DNA from: Chitinophaga pinensis
GTDB taxonomy: Bacteria > Bacteroidota > Bacteroidia > 2-12-FULL-35-15
Length of the DNA stretch: 64,000 bases
Reading direction: 5' to 3'
Assembly (NCBI GenBank): GCA_945885475.1
Contig: CAMCYR010000001.1
Coordinates: forward strand, 47,956-111,955
Position 1 is the stretch's first letter, and every line of letters starts with the position of its first letter. The translations under genes were made by a program, and so were the position numbers. The notes beneath the pieces were generated by a model that saw nothing but the letters and a program-made list of their open reading frames with translations, was not told the origin of the DNA and ran no database searches. Shown one piece after another: positions 8,801-17,598 of this stretch.

Positions 8801-10879
8801 ATGAGCGAGCAAGAAAAACCATCAGAGAGTAAAAACCTGAAAGATAATTTTCCTAAAAAGCCGAATCTTCCAAAAAATCCATTCAATTTTTATTGGATTT
8901 ACGGAATTATTGCGGTAGGATTAATTGCAATGCAGGTCATGAATTTCAGCCCTGCATTAAAAGAAAAAAGCACAACAGAATTTATTGAAACAATGTTGAA
9001 GCAACACCATGTTGTAAAAATTGTTATTGTTCCTTCTGAAAATGTTGCTGAAATTACGATCGGAAAAGACTATATTAAGCTTCCACAGTATGCTTCTGAC
9101 AATCTTGCAAAACAACAAAATGGTCCACACTATAAAGTAAAGATATCCAGTGTTGATTCCTTTAACGCTCGCTTAACCGAAGCCCAAAAAGACTTCGCTC
9201 CTGCTCAGCGTGTAGATGCTGAGAGTGAAAACCGCACATCGTGGGGCGACACACTAGGTTGGCTGATACCGATTGCTTTAATGATTGTGATATGGATCAT
9301 CATCATGCGAAGAATGGGTGGCGGTGCCGGAGGCGGACAAATTTTCAATATCGGAAAATCGAAAGCGACACTTTTTGATAAAAACACAAATGTGAACATC
9401 ACGTTCAACGATGTTGCTGGTCTTGAAGGAGCGAAAGTTGAAATTAAAGAAATTGTAGATTTCCTCAAAAATCCTAAAAAATATACCGCTCTTGGTGCAA
9501 AAATACCAAAAGGTGCTTTACTTGTAGGACCTCCAGGGACAGGAAAAACGCTTTTGGCAAAAGCTGTAGCCGGTGAAGCGAAAGTTCCGTTTTTCTCTCT
9601 CTCCGGATCAGATTTCGTAGAAATGTTTGTGGGTGTGGGCGCGTCTCGAGTTCGTGATTTGTTCCGTCAGGCAAAAGAAAAATCTCCTTGTATCATTTTT
9701 ATTGATGAGATTGATGCAATCGGAAGAGCTCGTGGGAAAAATCCTGCTCAAGGCGGAAATGATGAACGTGAAAATACACTAAATCAACTCTTAACGGAGA
9801 TGGATGGTTTTGGTACCAACAGTGGAGTCATTATTTTGGCAGCAACAAATCGTGCTGATATTTTAGACAGAGCGTTAATGCGTGCTGGACGATTCGACAG
9901 ACAAATATATGTTGATATGCCCGATTTGAATGAGCGTAAAGATATTTTCAAGGTTCATTTAAAACCACTAAAACTGGATAATTCTGTTGACGTTGATTTC
10001 CTTGCAAAACAAACACCAGGGTTCTCAGGAGCAGATATTGCAAATATTTGTAATGAAGCAGCTTTGATTGCGGCTCGTCACGACAAAACTGTAATTCAAA
10101 AACAAGACTTCCTGGATGCAGTTGATCGTATCATTGGTGGATTGGAAAAGAAAAACAAGATCATTTCAGTAAATGAGAAAAAAGTAATTGCATACCATGA
10201 AGCCGGACATGCAGCTACCAGCTGGCTACTGGAACATGCTCATCCATTAATCAAAGTAACAATTGTTCCTAGAGGAAGATCGCTTGGTGCAGCATGGTAT
10301 TTACCGGAAGAGCGTCAGATTACAACAACGGAACAATTAATGGACGAAATGTGTGCAACACTTGGTGGAAGGGCGGCTGAAGAAGTGATGTTCGGTAAAA
10401 TTTCCACAGGCGCATTAAGTGATCTGGAAAAAGTGACCAAACAGGCATATGCCATGATTACAGTCTATGGTTTAAACAGCAAGATTGGTAACATCAGTTA
10501 TTACGATTCCACTGGAGCAAATGAATATGGCTTTACGAAACCTTACAGTGAAAGAACCGCACAAACCATCGATGAAGAAGTAAGTAAATTAATTGAAGCA
10601 GCATACGTGCGCGCGAAAGAAATACTTACTAAAAATAAACACTTACTGACTCAATTAGCGGAACAATTATTAGACAAAGAAGTTATTTTTAAGGAAGATC
10701 TTGAAACGATTTTTGGCAAGCGCCCCTTTGATAAGGACGAAGTGCTTTTATTGAAAGTAGAATCCACAACTTCTGATACTATAAATACTGAAATAAAAAA
10801 CGAAGAGCCAAAAGAAGAAGTAACTGCGGAAGTTAAAAAAGAGAACAGTTCCGAAAAGCCAAAGGACACATTGTTTTAA
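8801..10879 (+). CDS. ftsH: ATP-dependent zinc metalloprotease FtsH
   Basis: Two TM segments, [23 protein letters not shown] zinc motif. ATG 8801 preferred over 8765. Confidence 0.97.
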   Translation: MSEQEKPSESKNLKDNFPKKPNLPKNPFNFYWIYGIIAVGLIAMQVMNFSPALKEKSTTEFIETMLKQHHVVKIVIVPSENVAEITIGKDYIKLPQYASDNLAKQQNGPHYKVKISSVDSFNARLTEAQKDFAPAQRVDAESENRTSWGDTLGWLIPIALMIVIWIIIMRRMGGGAGGGQIFNIGKSKATLFDKNTNVNITFNDVAGLEGAKVEIKEIVDFLKNPKKYTALGAKIPKGALLVGPPGTGKTLLAKAVAGEAKVPFFSLSGSDFVEMFVGVGASRVRDLFRQAKEKSPCIIFIDEIDAIGRARGKNPAQGGNDERENTLNQLLTEMDGFGTNSGVIILAATNRADILDRALMRAGRFDRQIYVDMPDLNERKDIFKVHLKPLKLDNSVDVDFLAKQTPGFSGADIANICNEAALIAARHDKTVIQKQDFLDAVDRIIGGLEKKNKIISVNEKKVIAYHEAGHAATSWLLEHAHPLIKVTIVPRGRSLGAAWYLPEERQITTTEQLMDEMCATLGGRAAEEVMFGKISTGALSDLEKVTKQAYAMITVYGLNSKIGNISYYDSTGANEYGFTKPYSERTAQTIDEEVSKLIEAAYVRAKEILTKNKHLLTQLAEQLLDKEVIFKEDLETIFGKRPFDKDEVLLLKVESTTSDTINTEIKNEEPKEEVTAEVKKENSSEKPKDTLF

Positions 10880-10915
10880 ACGACTTTTTGTCTTTTTTGT
10901 TAATCACAAAATGAG

Positions 10916-10993
10916 ATTTCATGCCACGACAGGTGATTTCATTATTAAAAACCGACAGTATTACATGCCATATTCTGTGTCGTAGGACGGAAT
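10916..10993. repeat. REP doublet (REPIN-like), copy A of the CYACGACA-loop family
   Basis: Left arm ATTTCATGCCACGACAGGTGAT. Right arm reverse complement ATTCCGTCCTACGACACAGAAT. Inverted orientation. Confidence 0.65.
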
Positions 10994-11027
10994 AATTATT
11001 AAAGGATTTTTCACATTTTAATTGAAT

Positions 11028-11681
11028 ATGCGCGACAGTACTACTTCAAAAGAAAAAATTTTAAAAAAAATCCGAAAGGCATTAATTCACAAATCCGCTC
11101 TGGAAATTGGTGACATTGATAACGATTCTAATATCTTCATCTCTTCGGAAGAACCTCTCGAAATACAGTTCGCCCAAAACTTTTCGGCTCTGAATGGGAA
11201 ATTTATATTCTGTGAGAACGAAAGCGAATTCCTCGAAAACTTTGATTGGATTGCGAAAGACAATGATTGGAAAAATTTATTTTGTCTGGAACCAAAAATA
11301 AAAGAACTTCTAAAAAAAGGGAATATCAATTTTTCAGATAAAGAATCTGAACTTCTTTCTACCGACATTGGCATTACTTTTTGTGAATGCTTGATTGCAC
11401 GCACAGGGAGTGTGATGATCACCTCTAAGCAAGCATCAGGCAGAAGACTTCCCGTTTACGCCAATTTCCATATTGTGATCGCCTATTCATCACAACTGTT
11501 GGAAAATATAAAAGATGGAATTAAATACATCAAGGAGAAATATAACGATCAACTGCCATCAATGATCTCAACCATCAGTGGCCCAAGCCGTACAGCCGAC
11601 ATTGAAAAAACACTTGTTCAAGGTGCGCATGGACCGAAAGAAATTTTTGTATTTTTGATTGATGATGTTCTCGTACTATAA
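11028..11681 (+). CDS. LUD-domain protein (LutC/YkgG-like)
   Basis: IARTGSV, ISGPSRTADIEKTLVQGAHGPKE. Confidence 0.88.
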   Translation: MRDSTTSKEKILKKIRKALIHKSALEIGDIDNDSNIFISSEEPLEIQFAQNFSALNGKFIFCENESEFLENFDWIAKDNDWKNLFCLEPKIKELLKKGNINFSDKESELLSTDIGITFCECLIARTGSVMITSKQASGRRLPVYANFHIVIAYSSQLLENIKDGIKYIKEKYNDQLPSMISTISGPSRTADIEKTLVQGAHGPKEIFVFLIDDVLVL

Positions 11682-11706
11682 TTAACACCATCAAATTATC
11701 GAGACT

Positions 11707-11789
11707 CCCATACTTTGGCGCGACAAGGTATTTCACATAAAGACTCGCATTACAAACTAGCAGAAGCCGTGTGTCGTAGCGCGGAATGA
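11707..11789. repeat. REP doublet, copy B of the CYACGACA-loop family
   Basis: Left arm CATACTTTGGCGCGACAAGGTAT. Right arm reverse complement TTCATTCCGCGCTACGACACACGG. Left boundary approximate. Confidence 0.65.
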
Positions 11790-11799
11790 AGTAACAAAT

Positions 11800-12621
11800 A
11801 TGAACAACTTTTTTAAACGTACACTCACCGCAGGCGCATTTGTAGCCGTTCTTTTAGGATGCACGTATTACAGCCAGATTTCCTTTTCAATTTTATTTTT
11901 CATTATTACCATCTTAGGTCTTTGGGAGTTTTATACACTTTCTGAAAAAGGATCGAACAAGCCGCAAAAAATATGGGGAACAATTGCAGGATCCACCGTA
12001 TTTGCAACCACGGCAAGCGTTTGTATGGGTTATTTTGATTACCGGATATTAGTAATTAATATTCCTGTTTTATTTTTGATATTCATTATTGAATTATATA
12101 CCAAATCTGTAAATCCTTTCAGGAACATCGCTTTTACTATTTTAGGAATTGTTTATGTAGCTATTCCGTTTTCACTTTTGAATTATCTGGTAACCTATAC
12201 GGGGACATATAGCTATGAGCTACTGTTTGGTTTTTTCTTTATTCTCTGGTCGAACGACTCGGGAGCATATTTAGCGGGATCCGCTTTCGGGAAAAGAAAA
12301 TTATTTCCAAGAATCTCACCGGGGAAATCATGGGAAGGAAGTATTGGTGGAGCAATTGCAAGTTATATCGTTGTGTTTATTATCTCTAAATGGTACACCG
12401 GATTCAGCATTATCGACTGGATGGCAATAGCGGCAATTCTGATCATAATCGGTACATTGGGCGATCTTGTGGAATCGCTTTATAAGCGCAGTAAAAACGT
12501 AAAGGATTCAGGAACTTTACTACCCGGTCACGGTGGGATATTAGACCGATTTGACAGTCTTTTAATGGCAAGCCCATTTGTATTCACTTACTTATATTTG
12601 ACACAGCTTTTCAATCACTAA
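11800..12621 (+). CDS. cdsA: Phosphatidate cytidylyltransferase
   Basis: NDSGAYLAG, ISPGKSWEG, GDLVESLYKR..KDSG.LLPGHGGILDRFDS. Confidence 0.95.
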   Translation: MNNFFKRTLTAGAFVAVLLGCTYYSQISFSILFFIITILGLWEFYTLSEKGSNKPQKIWGTIAGSTVFATTASVCMGYFDYRILVINIPVLFLIFIIELYTKSVNPFRNIAFTILGIVYVAIPFSLLNYLVTYTGTYSYELLFGFFFILWSNDSGAYLAGSAFGKRKLFPRISPGKSWEGSIGGAIASYIVVFIISKWYTGFSIIDWMAIAAILIIIGTLGDLVESLYKRSKNVKDSGTLLPGHGGILDRFDSLLMASPFVFTYLYLTQLFNH

Positions 12622-12778
12622 TCCTCTTAAAAGCATAATAAAGGGTCGAAAAACCACATTTAAGCGAAAGAAATGCTAGATTTAACGATTACTTTTTACA
12701 TAGTTTATAATTTTAATTAAATTCGCAAACTTTAATGTGTTCCGATCTCTAAAAACAAAGGAACCTAACATAGAAATT

Positions 12779-14056
12779 ATGACAAATAAAACAAATTCGA
12801 CAACAGTAGAAAATCACGACAGTATGTTTGATGCAGTTCTTGCCAGACTTGATGTTGCTGCAAAAATTTATGGTTTATCCGATGATGTTACAACTATTTT
12901 AAGAAACCCACAAAAACAAGTAAAAGTAAGCCTTCCTGTAATGATGGATGATGGGAAATTGCAAGTTTTTGAAGGATTCAGAACGGTTCATTCCACCGTA
13001 TTAGGACCATCAAAAGGTGGTATCCGCTATGCGATGGATGTTTGTGATGATGAAGTAAAAGCTCTTTCTGCTTGGATGACATTCAAGTGCGCTGTTGCAA
13101 ACCTTCCTTATGGTGGTGCAAAAGGCGGTATCAAATGTGATCCGCGCAAGATGAGTATTGGAGAATTGGAGCGTTTAACAAAAGCATATACTGTTGCTTT
13201 GGCTGATGTATTTGGCCCAACAACAGACATTCCTGCTCCTGACATGGGAACCAGCGGTCGCGAGATGGCTTGGTTAGTTGAAGCGTATAACAAAGTACAC
13301 CGTGGAAATTTCCCGGGAGTTACTACAGGTAAGCCTGTTGGATTAGGTGGTTCATTAGGTCGCGATGCTGCAACAGGCCGTGGAGTAATGGTTGCAACGC
13401 TTGCTGCCTTGATAAAAATGAACTTGAATATAAAAGATGTGACCTGCGCGGTGCAAGGTTTCGGAAATGTGGGTTCTCATGCCGCTCGTTTGTTACACGA
13501 TCAAGGAATTAAAATTTGTGCAATCGGTGACCATACAGCAACTCTATGGAACGAAAAAGGAATTGATATCAAAGCAGCATTAGAATATGTAAAGGCAAAC
13601 GGAAACTTATTAAAAGGCTTCTCCGGTGGTGTTGAGATCAAAGCGTCAGAATTGCTAACAGCTAATGTAGATGTATTGGTGCCAGCAGCTTTACAAAATG
13701 TAATCACAGAAGAAATCGCTCACAATATCAAAGCAAAATTGATCGTTGAAGGCGCAAATGGCCCAACGACTCCTGAAGCAGATGCTATTTTGCAAGAGAA
13801 AAATGTAATTGTTGTACCAGACATTTTAGCTAATGGTGGCGGTGTTACTGTTTCTTATTTCGAATGGGTTCAAAATAACGCAGGTTATTACTGGCCGGAA
13901 GATGAAGTGAATACAAAACACGATGCGTCAATGAATCTTGCTTTCGAAAGTGTTTGGAACAATGGACAACAATATAAAACGACTATGCGCATCGGTGCTT
14001 ATATCACTGCTTTGAAAAAGGTTGAATTAGGTATCAAAGCAAGAGGAAATTTTTAG
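12779..14056 (+). CDS. gdhA: Glutamate dehydrogenase (Glu/Leu/Phe/Val family)
   Basis: GPSKGGIRY, GGAKGGI, DIPAPDMGT, GFGNVG, EGANGPT, NGGGVTVSYFEW. ATG 12779 preferred over GTG 12737. Confidence 0.92.
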   Translation: MTNKTNSTTVENHDSMFDAVLARLDVAAKIYGLSDDVTTILRNPQKQVKVSLPVMMDDGKLQVFEGFRTVHSTVLGPSKGGIRYAMDVCDDEVKALSAWMTFKCAVANLPYGGAKGGIKCDPRKMSIGELERLTKAYTVALADVFGPTTDIPAPDMGTSGREMAWLVEAYNKVHRGNFPGVTTGKPVGLGGSLGRDAATGRGVMVATLAALIKMNLNIKDVTCAVQGFGNVGSHAARLLHDQGIKICAIGDHTATLWNEKGIDIKAALEYVKANGNLLKGFSGGVEIKASELLTANVDVLVPAALQNVITEEIAHNIKAKLIVEGANGPTTPEADAILQEKNVIVVPDILANGGGVTVSYFEWVQNNAGYYWPEDEVNTKHDASMNLAFESVWNNGQQYKTTMRIGAYITALKKVELGIKARGNF

Positions 14057-14076
14057 CAGTTGCTTTATTTCTAAGA

Positions 14077-14117
14077 AATAAAAAACGTCCTATCTGATTG
14101 ATAGGACGTTTTTTATT
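14077..14117. terminator. Bidirectional intrinsic terminator
   Basis: Perfect 18-bp inverted repeat AATAAAAAACGTCCTATC / GATAGGACGTTTTTTATT between convergent genes. Confidence 0.9.
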
Positions 14118-14193
14118 TTATACGAATTGATTTGACAAATAAGCCAACAATCAATATTTACGGCCTATTGAATTACAAAAGATTCAATAGAAT

Positions 14194-15843
14194 TTATTTT
14201 TTATAAAGCAAATAATGCTTTACCACTGTGGTTGCACCTTCTTTAGCTGCTTTCACTTCTACCTTTTCATCCACAGACTTATAGCCTTTCGCTTCAATTT
14301 TTACCTGATATGTTTTGCCGGTTAACAATGTTAAAAAATATTCTCCGCTTCCTTCGCTCGAAGTAGTACTTCCAACCTTTGCTCCTGTTTCATCATAAAC
14401 CACCAACTCTGCTTCCATACCGGCTCCGGCACTGGCATCAAAAATATCTCCTTTTAAAATTGCCATAACAGGTGCGTTACTTTCAACTTTCTTTTTCATT
14501 TCTTTTTCAAGAACAGGGTAATTCGTAAGATCTACCATATATACATCCCTTGCGCCGAAACCACCTTTTCTGTTACTTGATATATATCCGGTTTTGGCGT
14601 CTATAGATAAACTGAAACACAAATCATCATAAATCGTATTGATCGGGTAGCCCAAATTAAGAGGCTTCGTCCATTTTCCATTTTCCAATGTAGTTTTAAA
14701 AATATCATAACCACCCATTGAATTATGACCTTTAGAAGTGAAAAACAATGTTTTACCGTCAGGAGCGATAAATATTCCAGCATCATCCTCTTCGGTATTT
14801 ACAACATCACCAAGATTCACCGGTTTTTCCCATTCTGTGCGGGACTTGCGTTTTACCATATAAATATCCTGCATTCCAAAACCACCCTGGCGTTCGCTAG
14901 TAAAATATAGTGTCTTTCCATCAGGACTGCTGCAAGCACCCAACTCTGCAAAAGTTGTGTTGATAGGTTTACCCATAGATTTGGGAGCACCCCACTTACC
15001 GGAAGAACTTAAACGGGAAACATAAATATCTCCTCCTCTTGATTCTGCTTCTATATCATTTTTGAAAAGAAAAATTTGTTTACCATCCGGAGAGATACTT
15101 GTTGCTGCATCCTGACCTTCTGTATTTAATGATCCCGGAATCAACTCTGCATCTCCCCACATTTTTTTCAATGTATCCCAACGGGAAATATAAATATCTT
15201 CAAAATACATTCCGTCATCCGGATTTACAGCACTTGATTTACCGGGTCGTTGCGAAGTAAAAATCAATGTTTTCCCATCTGCACTAACCATTGGCGCTTT
15301 ATCTTCAAACTCAGAATTGATCACATCACCCATGTTTACAATTTTCACATCAGCAGGATTAGCAATTAATTCTTTTGCGGTATTCACTTGCAAAATATAC
15401 ATATCAATACCACTTTCTTCGATCTTCTTTTTACTTCCGCTGTTTGTTTTAAATGCTGTAAATTCTACCAGGGCTTCATCCAGCATCCCCTCTAATTGGT
15501 ATAATTTGCCTAATAAAAGTGCATTATTGACATTCGCTTGGGGATCAATGCTTTTTGCTTTTTCAGCATATTCCCGCGCTTCTTTCAATTGCTTCATTTC
15601 ATAATGACATTCAGCAATATGAAAAAGAACATTTGTATCGTTCGGTTTACCAGATAAAACGTCCGTATAAATATTCAATGCGCCTTTAAAATCAAGCGCA
15701 TAGAATTTTTGTTCCGCAAGAACCATTTTGGCAACATCACCGCCCTTATCAAATACGTTCTGTTTATTATCTATCTTTTCCTGGGCAGAAACCACTCCGA
15801 AAACAAATATAGAGAACAACAACAGATAGACGACCTTTTTCAT
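14194..15843 (-). CDS. TPR + PD40 beta-propeller + carboxypeptidase-regulatory-like domain protein (PorE-like, no OmpA domain)
   Basis: Signal peptide, TPR helices, five repeats of type P..S.DGKTL.FTS, C-terminal GEYFLTL..GKTY.V.IEAKGY. Confidence 0.75.
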   Translation of the reverse strand: MKKVVYLLLFSIFVFGVVSAQEKIDNKQNVFDKGGDVAKMVLAEQKFYALDFKGALNIYTDVLSGKPNDTNVLFHIAECHYEMKQLKEAREYAEKAKSIDPQANVNNALLLGKLYQLEGMLDEALVEFTAFKTNSGSKKKIEESGIDMYILQVNTAKELIANPADVKIVNMGDVINSEFEDKAPMVSADGKTLIFTSQRPGKSSAVNPDDGMYFEDIYISRWDTLKKMWGDAELIPGSLNTEGQDAATSISPDGKQIFLFKNDIEAESRGGDIYVSRLSSSGKWGAPKSMGKPINTTFAELGACSSPDGKTLYFTSERQGGFGMQDIYMVKRKSRTEWEKPVNLGDVVNTEEDDAGIFIAPDGKTLFFTSKGHNSMGGYDIFKTTLENGKWTKPLNLGYPINTIYDDLCFSLSIDAKTGYISSNRKGGFGARDVYMVDLTNYPVLEKEMKKKVESNAPVMAILKGDIFDASAGAGMEAELVVYDETGAKVGSTTSSEGSGEYFLTLLTGKTYQVKIEAKGYKSVDEKVEVKAAKEGATTVVKHYLLYKK

Positions 15844-15962
15844 ATCAACAGCTTTTATGGTTTAATTCAAAACAAACACAATAATTAATCCCGCCTTTAT
15901 ACGGGATTATGATAGTAGCTTTCATTGGTAACAAATGAAAGTAGCATGAACAAATATAAAAA

Positions 15963-16718
15963 TTATTGTTCAAGGTTCGCCAGATACTTCAAAAATAGTT
16001 CCAAACCTTGCTTTTTGACTGTATCGTAATGATAGTCTATGTTTTGAAAGAGGTAAACCCCGATGTCAGTTGGATACGTATTACTTTTTTCCAATTCCTT
16101 TATTAATGCCGTACGGTTATCCAGTCCATTTTTGAGCGCAGAATTAAATTCAGAAATGAACTCATCGGGTAATTGCTTATTTGTAACCCAGCAGGCAAAA
16201 ACGAATGGCAGTCCGGTAAAATTCTGCCACTCTTCAGCCAGATCATAGCAGAATTTATATTTATTTTCCAGTCCGAATGTACGGTCACCAATTATCACGG
16301 CAGCTGTGGAACCCAAAATATCGTTTTCAAAAGAGGCTCTCGCAGCCACCCAATTAGGTTTAATTTTCCAAAATTCTTTTGCCAATATTTTCACCAACGT
16401 AACAGATGTGCGGGATTGGTAATCGAGCAAAATCGTTTTTATTTCAGATAAAGGAACTTCGCTGTATAAATTGACCGAAGCAACCTTTCCTACCGCACCA
16501 ATACAATAATCACTGATGATGTATTTTTCTTTCATCAACGGAAGTATAGCAACAGGAACTAGTCCGATATCCACTTTCCCTTCCATTAATTTTCCGGCAC
16601 AAACAGATGGCATATCTAATTGAAGATCTATATTTTCAATTAGATCTGATTGCTGCAAACCATTTATAAATGGCTTTGAATTAAGATACGATACAACCGA
16701 TATTTTATATTTATTCAT
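15963..16718 (-). CDS. mqnA: Chorismate dehydratase MqnA (futalosine menaquinone pathway)
   Basis: VSYLNSKPF, DIGLVPV, GKVASV.L, SRTSV.L, IIGDR, DLAEEW..FTGLPFVFACW. Start at ATG 16718. Confidence 0.88.
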   Translation of the reverse strand: MNKYKISVVSYLNSKPFINGLQQSDLIENIDLQLDMPSVCAGKLMEGKVDIGLVPVAILPLMKEKYIISDYCIGAVGKVASVNLYSEVPLSEIKTILLDYQSRTSVTLVKILAKEFWKIKPNWVAARASFENDILGSTAAVIIGDRTFGLENKYKFCYDLAEEWQNFTGLPFVFACWVTNKQLPDEFISEFNSALKNGLDNRTALIKELEKSNTYPTDIGVYLFQNIDYHYDTVKKQGLELFLKYLANLEQ

Positions 16719-17496
16719 ATAGATTTCGGCTTTCAATTTCCAACACGGCAATACAAGCAGCTACTGGTGATAACACTGCAGCTAACATCCCTCCTATAAG
16801 TGGAATTGTAAACAAGAGTGAGAAAACAAATCCGTTTCCGATCGATAAGCCTTTATTTTTTCGCACATAAGCAACACTCTGCGATATACCCATTCGTCTT
16901 CGCTCACTCACATAATCGATCATTGAAAACCCATAAAAATAATAAGACAAAACAATTAAAAATAATGCGCCTATCCAACCGATCACAGGAATCCAAACGA
17001 TTAAAAAACCAAGGAAAATAAATCCAAATTCGATAAACATATTACGTAAAGCAATTAAGACCCCCCTCGCAATATCTTTGATGAATTGGGCAAGATTAAA
17101 AGGGTAAACTCTTCCGGTGATGATTTCTTCAGTCCGCTCCGAAATAAACGCCATAATGGGCGACATAAGAATCAATAAAATGTATTTGCTAAAGGTTGAA
17201 AATATAAAAAAGAATAAGATCTTTAAACCAATCGACAAAAGAAAATGAAGTGCACCGCCAAAAAAACCGAACCAACTGTCTTCATTATCGACAGTAAAAT
17301 AGGACATGATCCAAACTTCCAATACATCTGTGAAATGACGGATCATTTCAAAACCTCCAAATGTTAACAAAGCGGAAATGATTATGGAGTAAATAAAATA
17401 AAGCCATAATCCCTTTGCAAAAACAAATGAAATGGCTTTACCATAACTTTTTATTGAAAGCCCGACTTGTTCAAAAAAAGACACTTGCTTTTGCAT
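16711..17496 (-). CDS. EI24/CysZ-like membrane protein
   Basis: Multiple TM segments, SPIMAFISERTE, YGFSMIDY..ERR. Confidence 0.75.
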   Translation of the reverse strand: MQKQVSFFEQVGLSIKSYGKAISFVFAKGLWLYFIYSIIISALLTFGGFEMIRHFTDVLEVWIMSYFTVDNEDSWFGFFGGALHFLLSIGLKILFFFIFSTFSKYILLILMSPIMAFISERTEEIITGRVYPFNLAQFIKDIARGVLIALRNMFIEFGFIFLGFLIVWIPVIGWIGALFLIVLSYYFYGFSMIDYVSERRRMGISQSVAYVRKNKGLSIGNGFVFSLLFTIPLIGGMLAAVLSPVAACIAVLEIESRNLYE

Positions 17497-17500
17497 ACTG

Positions 17501-17594
17501 CAAAATTAACAATTATTTTGTTCAAGGGATCAATAAGAAATAGAGGGATATGCCATCAGAAATAAAAAATATAAGAGGGAAAATGTTAATTTTG
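17501..17594. promoter_or_regulatory. Divergent promoter pair (two TAATTTTG -7 boxes)
   Basis: Minus-strand box at 17501-17508 and plus-strand box at 17587-17594, each 4 nt before its start codon. Confidence 0.6.
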
Positions 17595-17598
17595 CATC

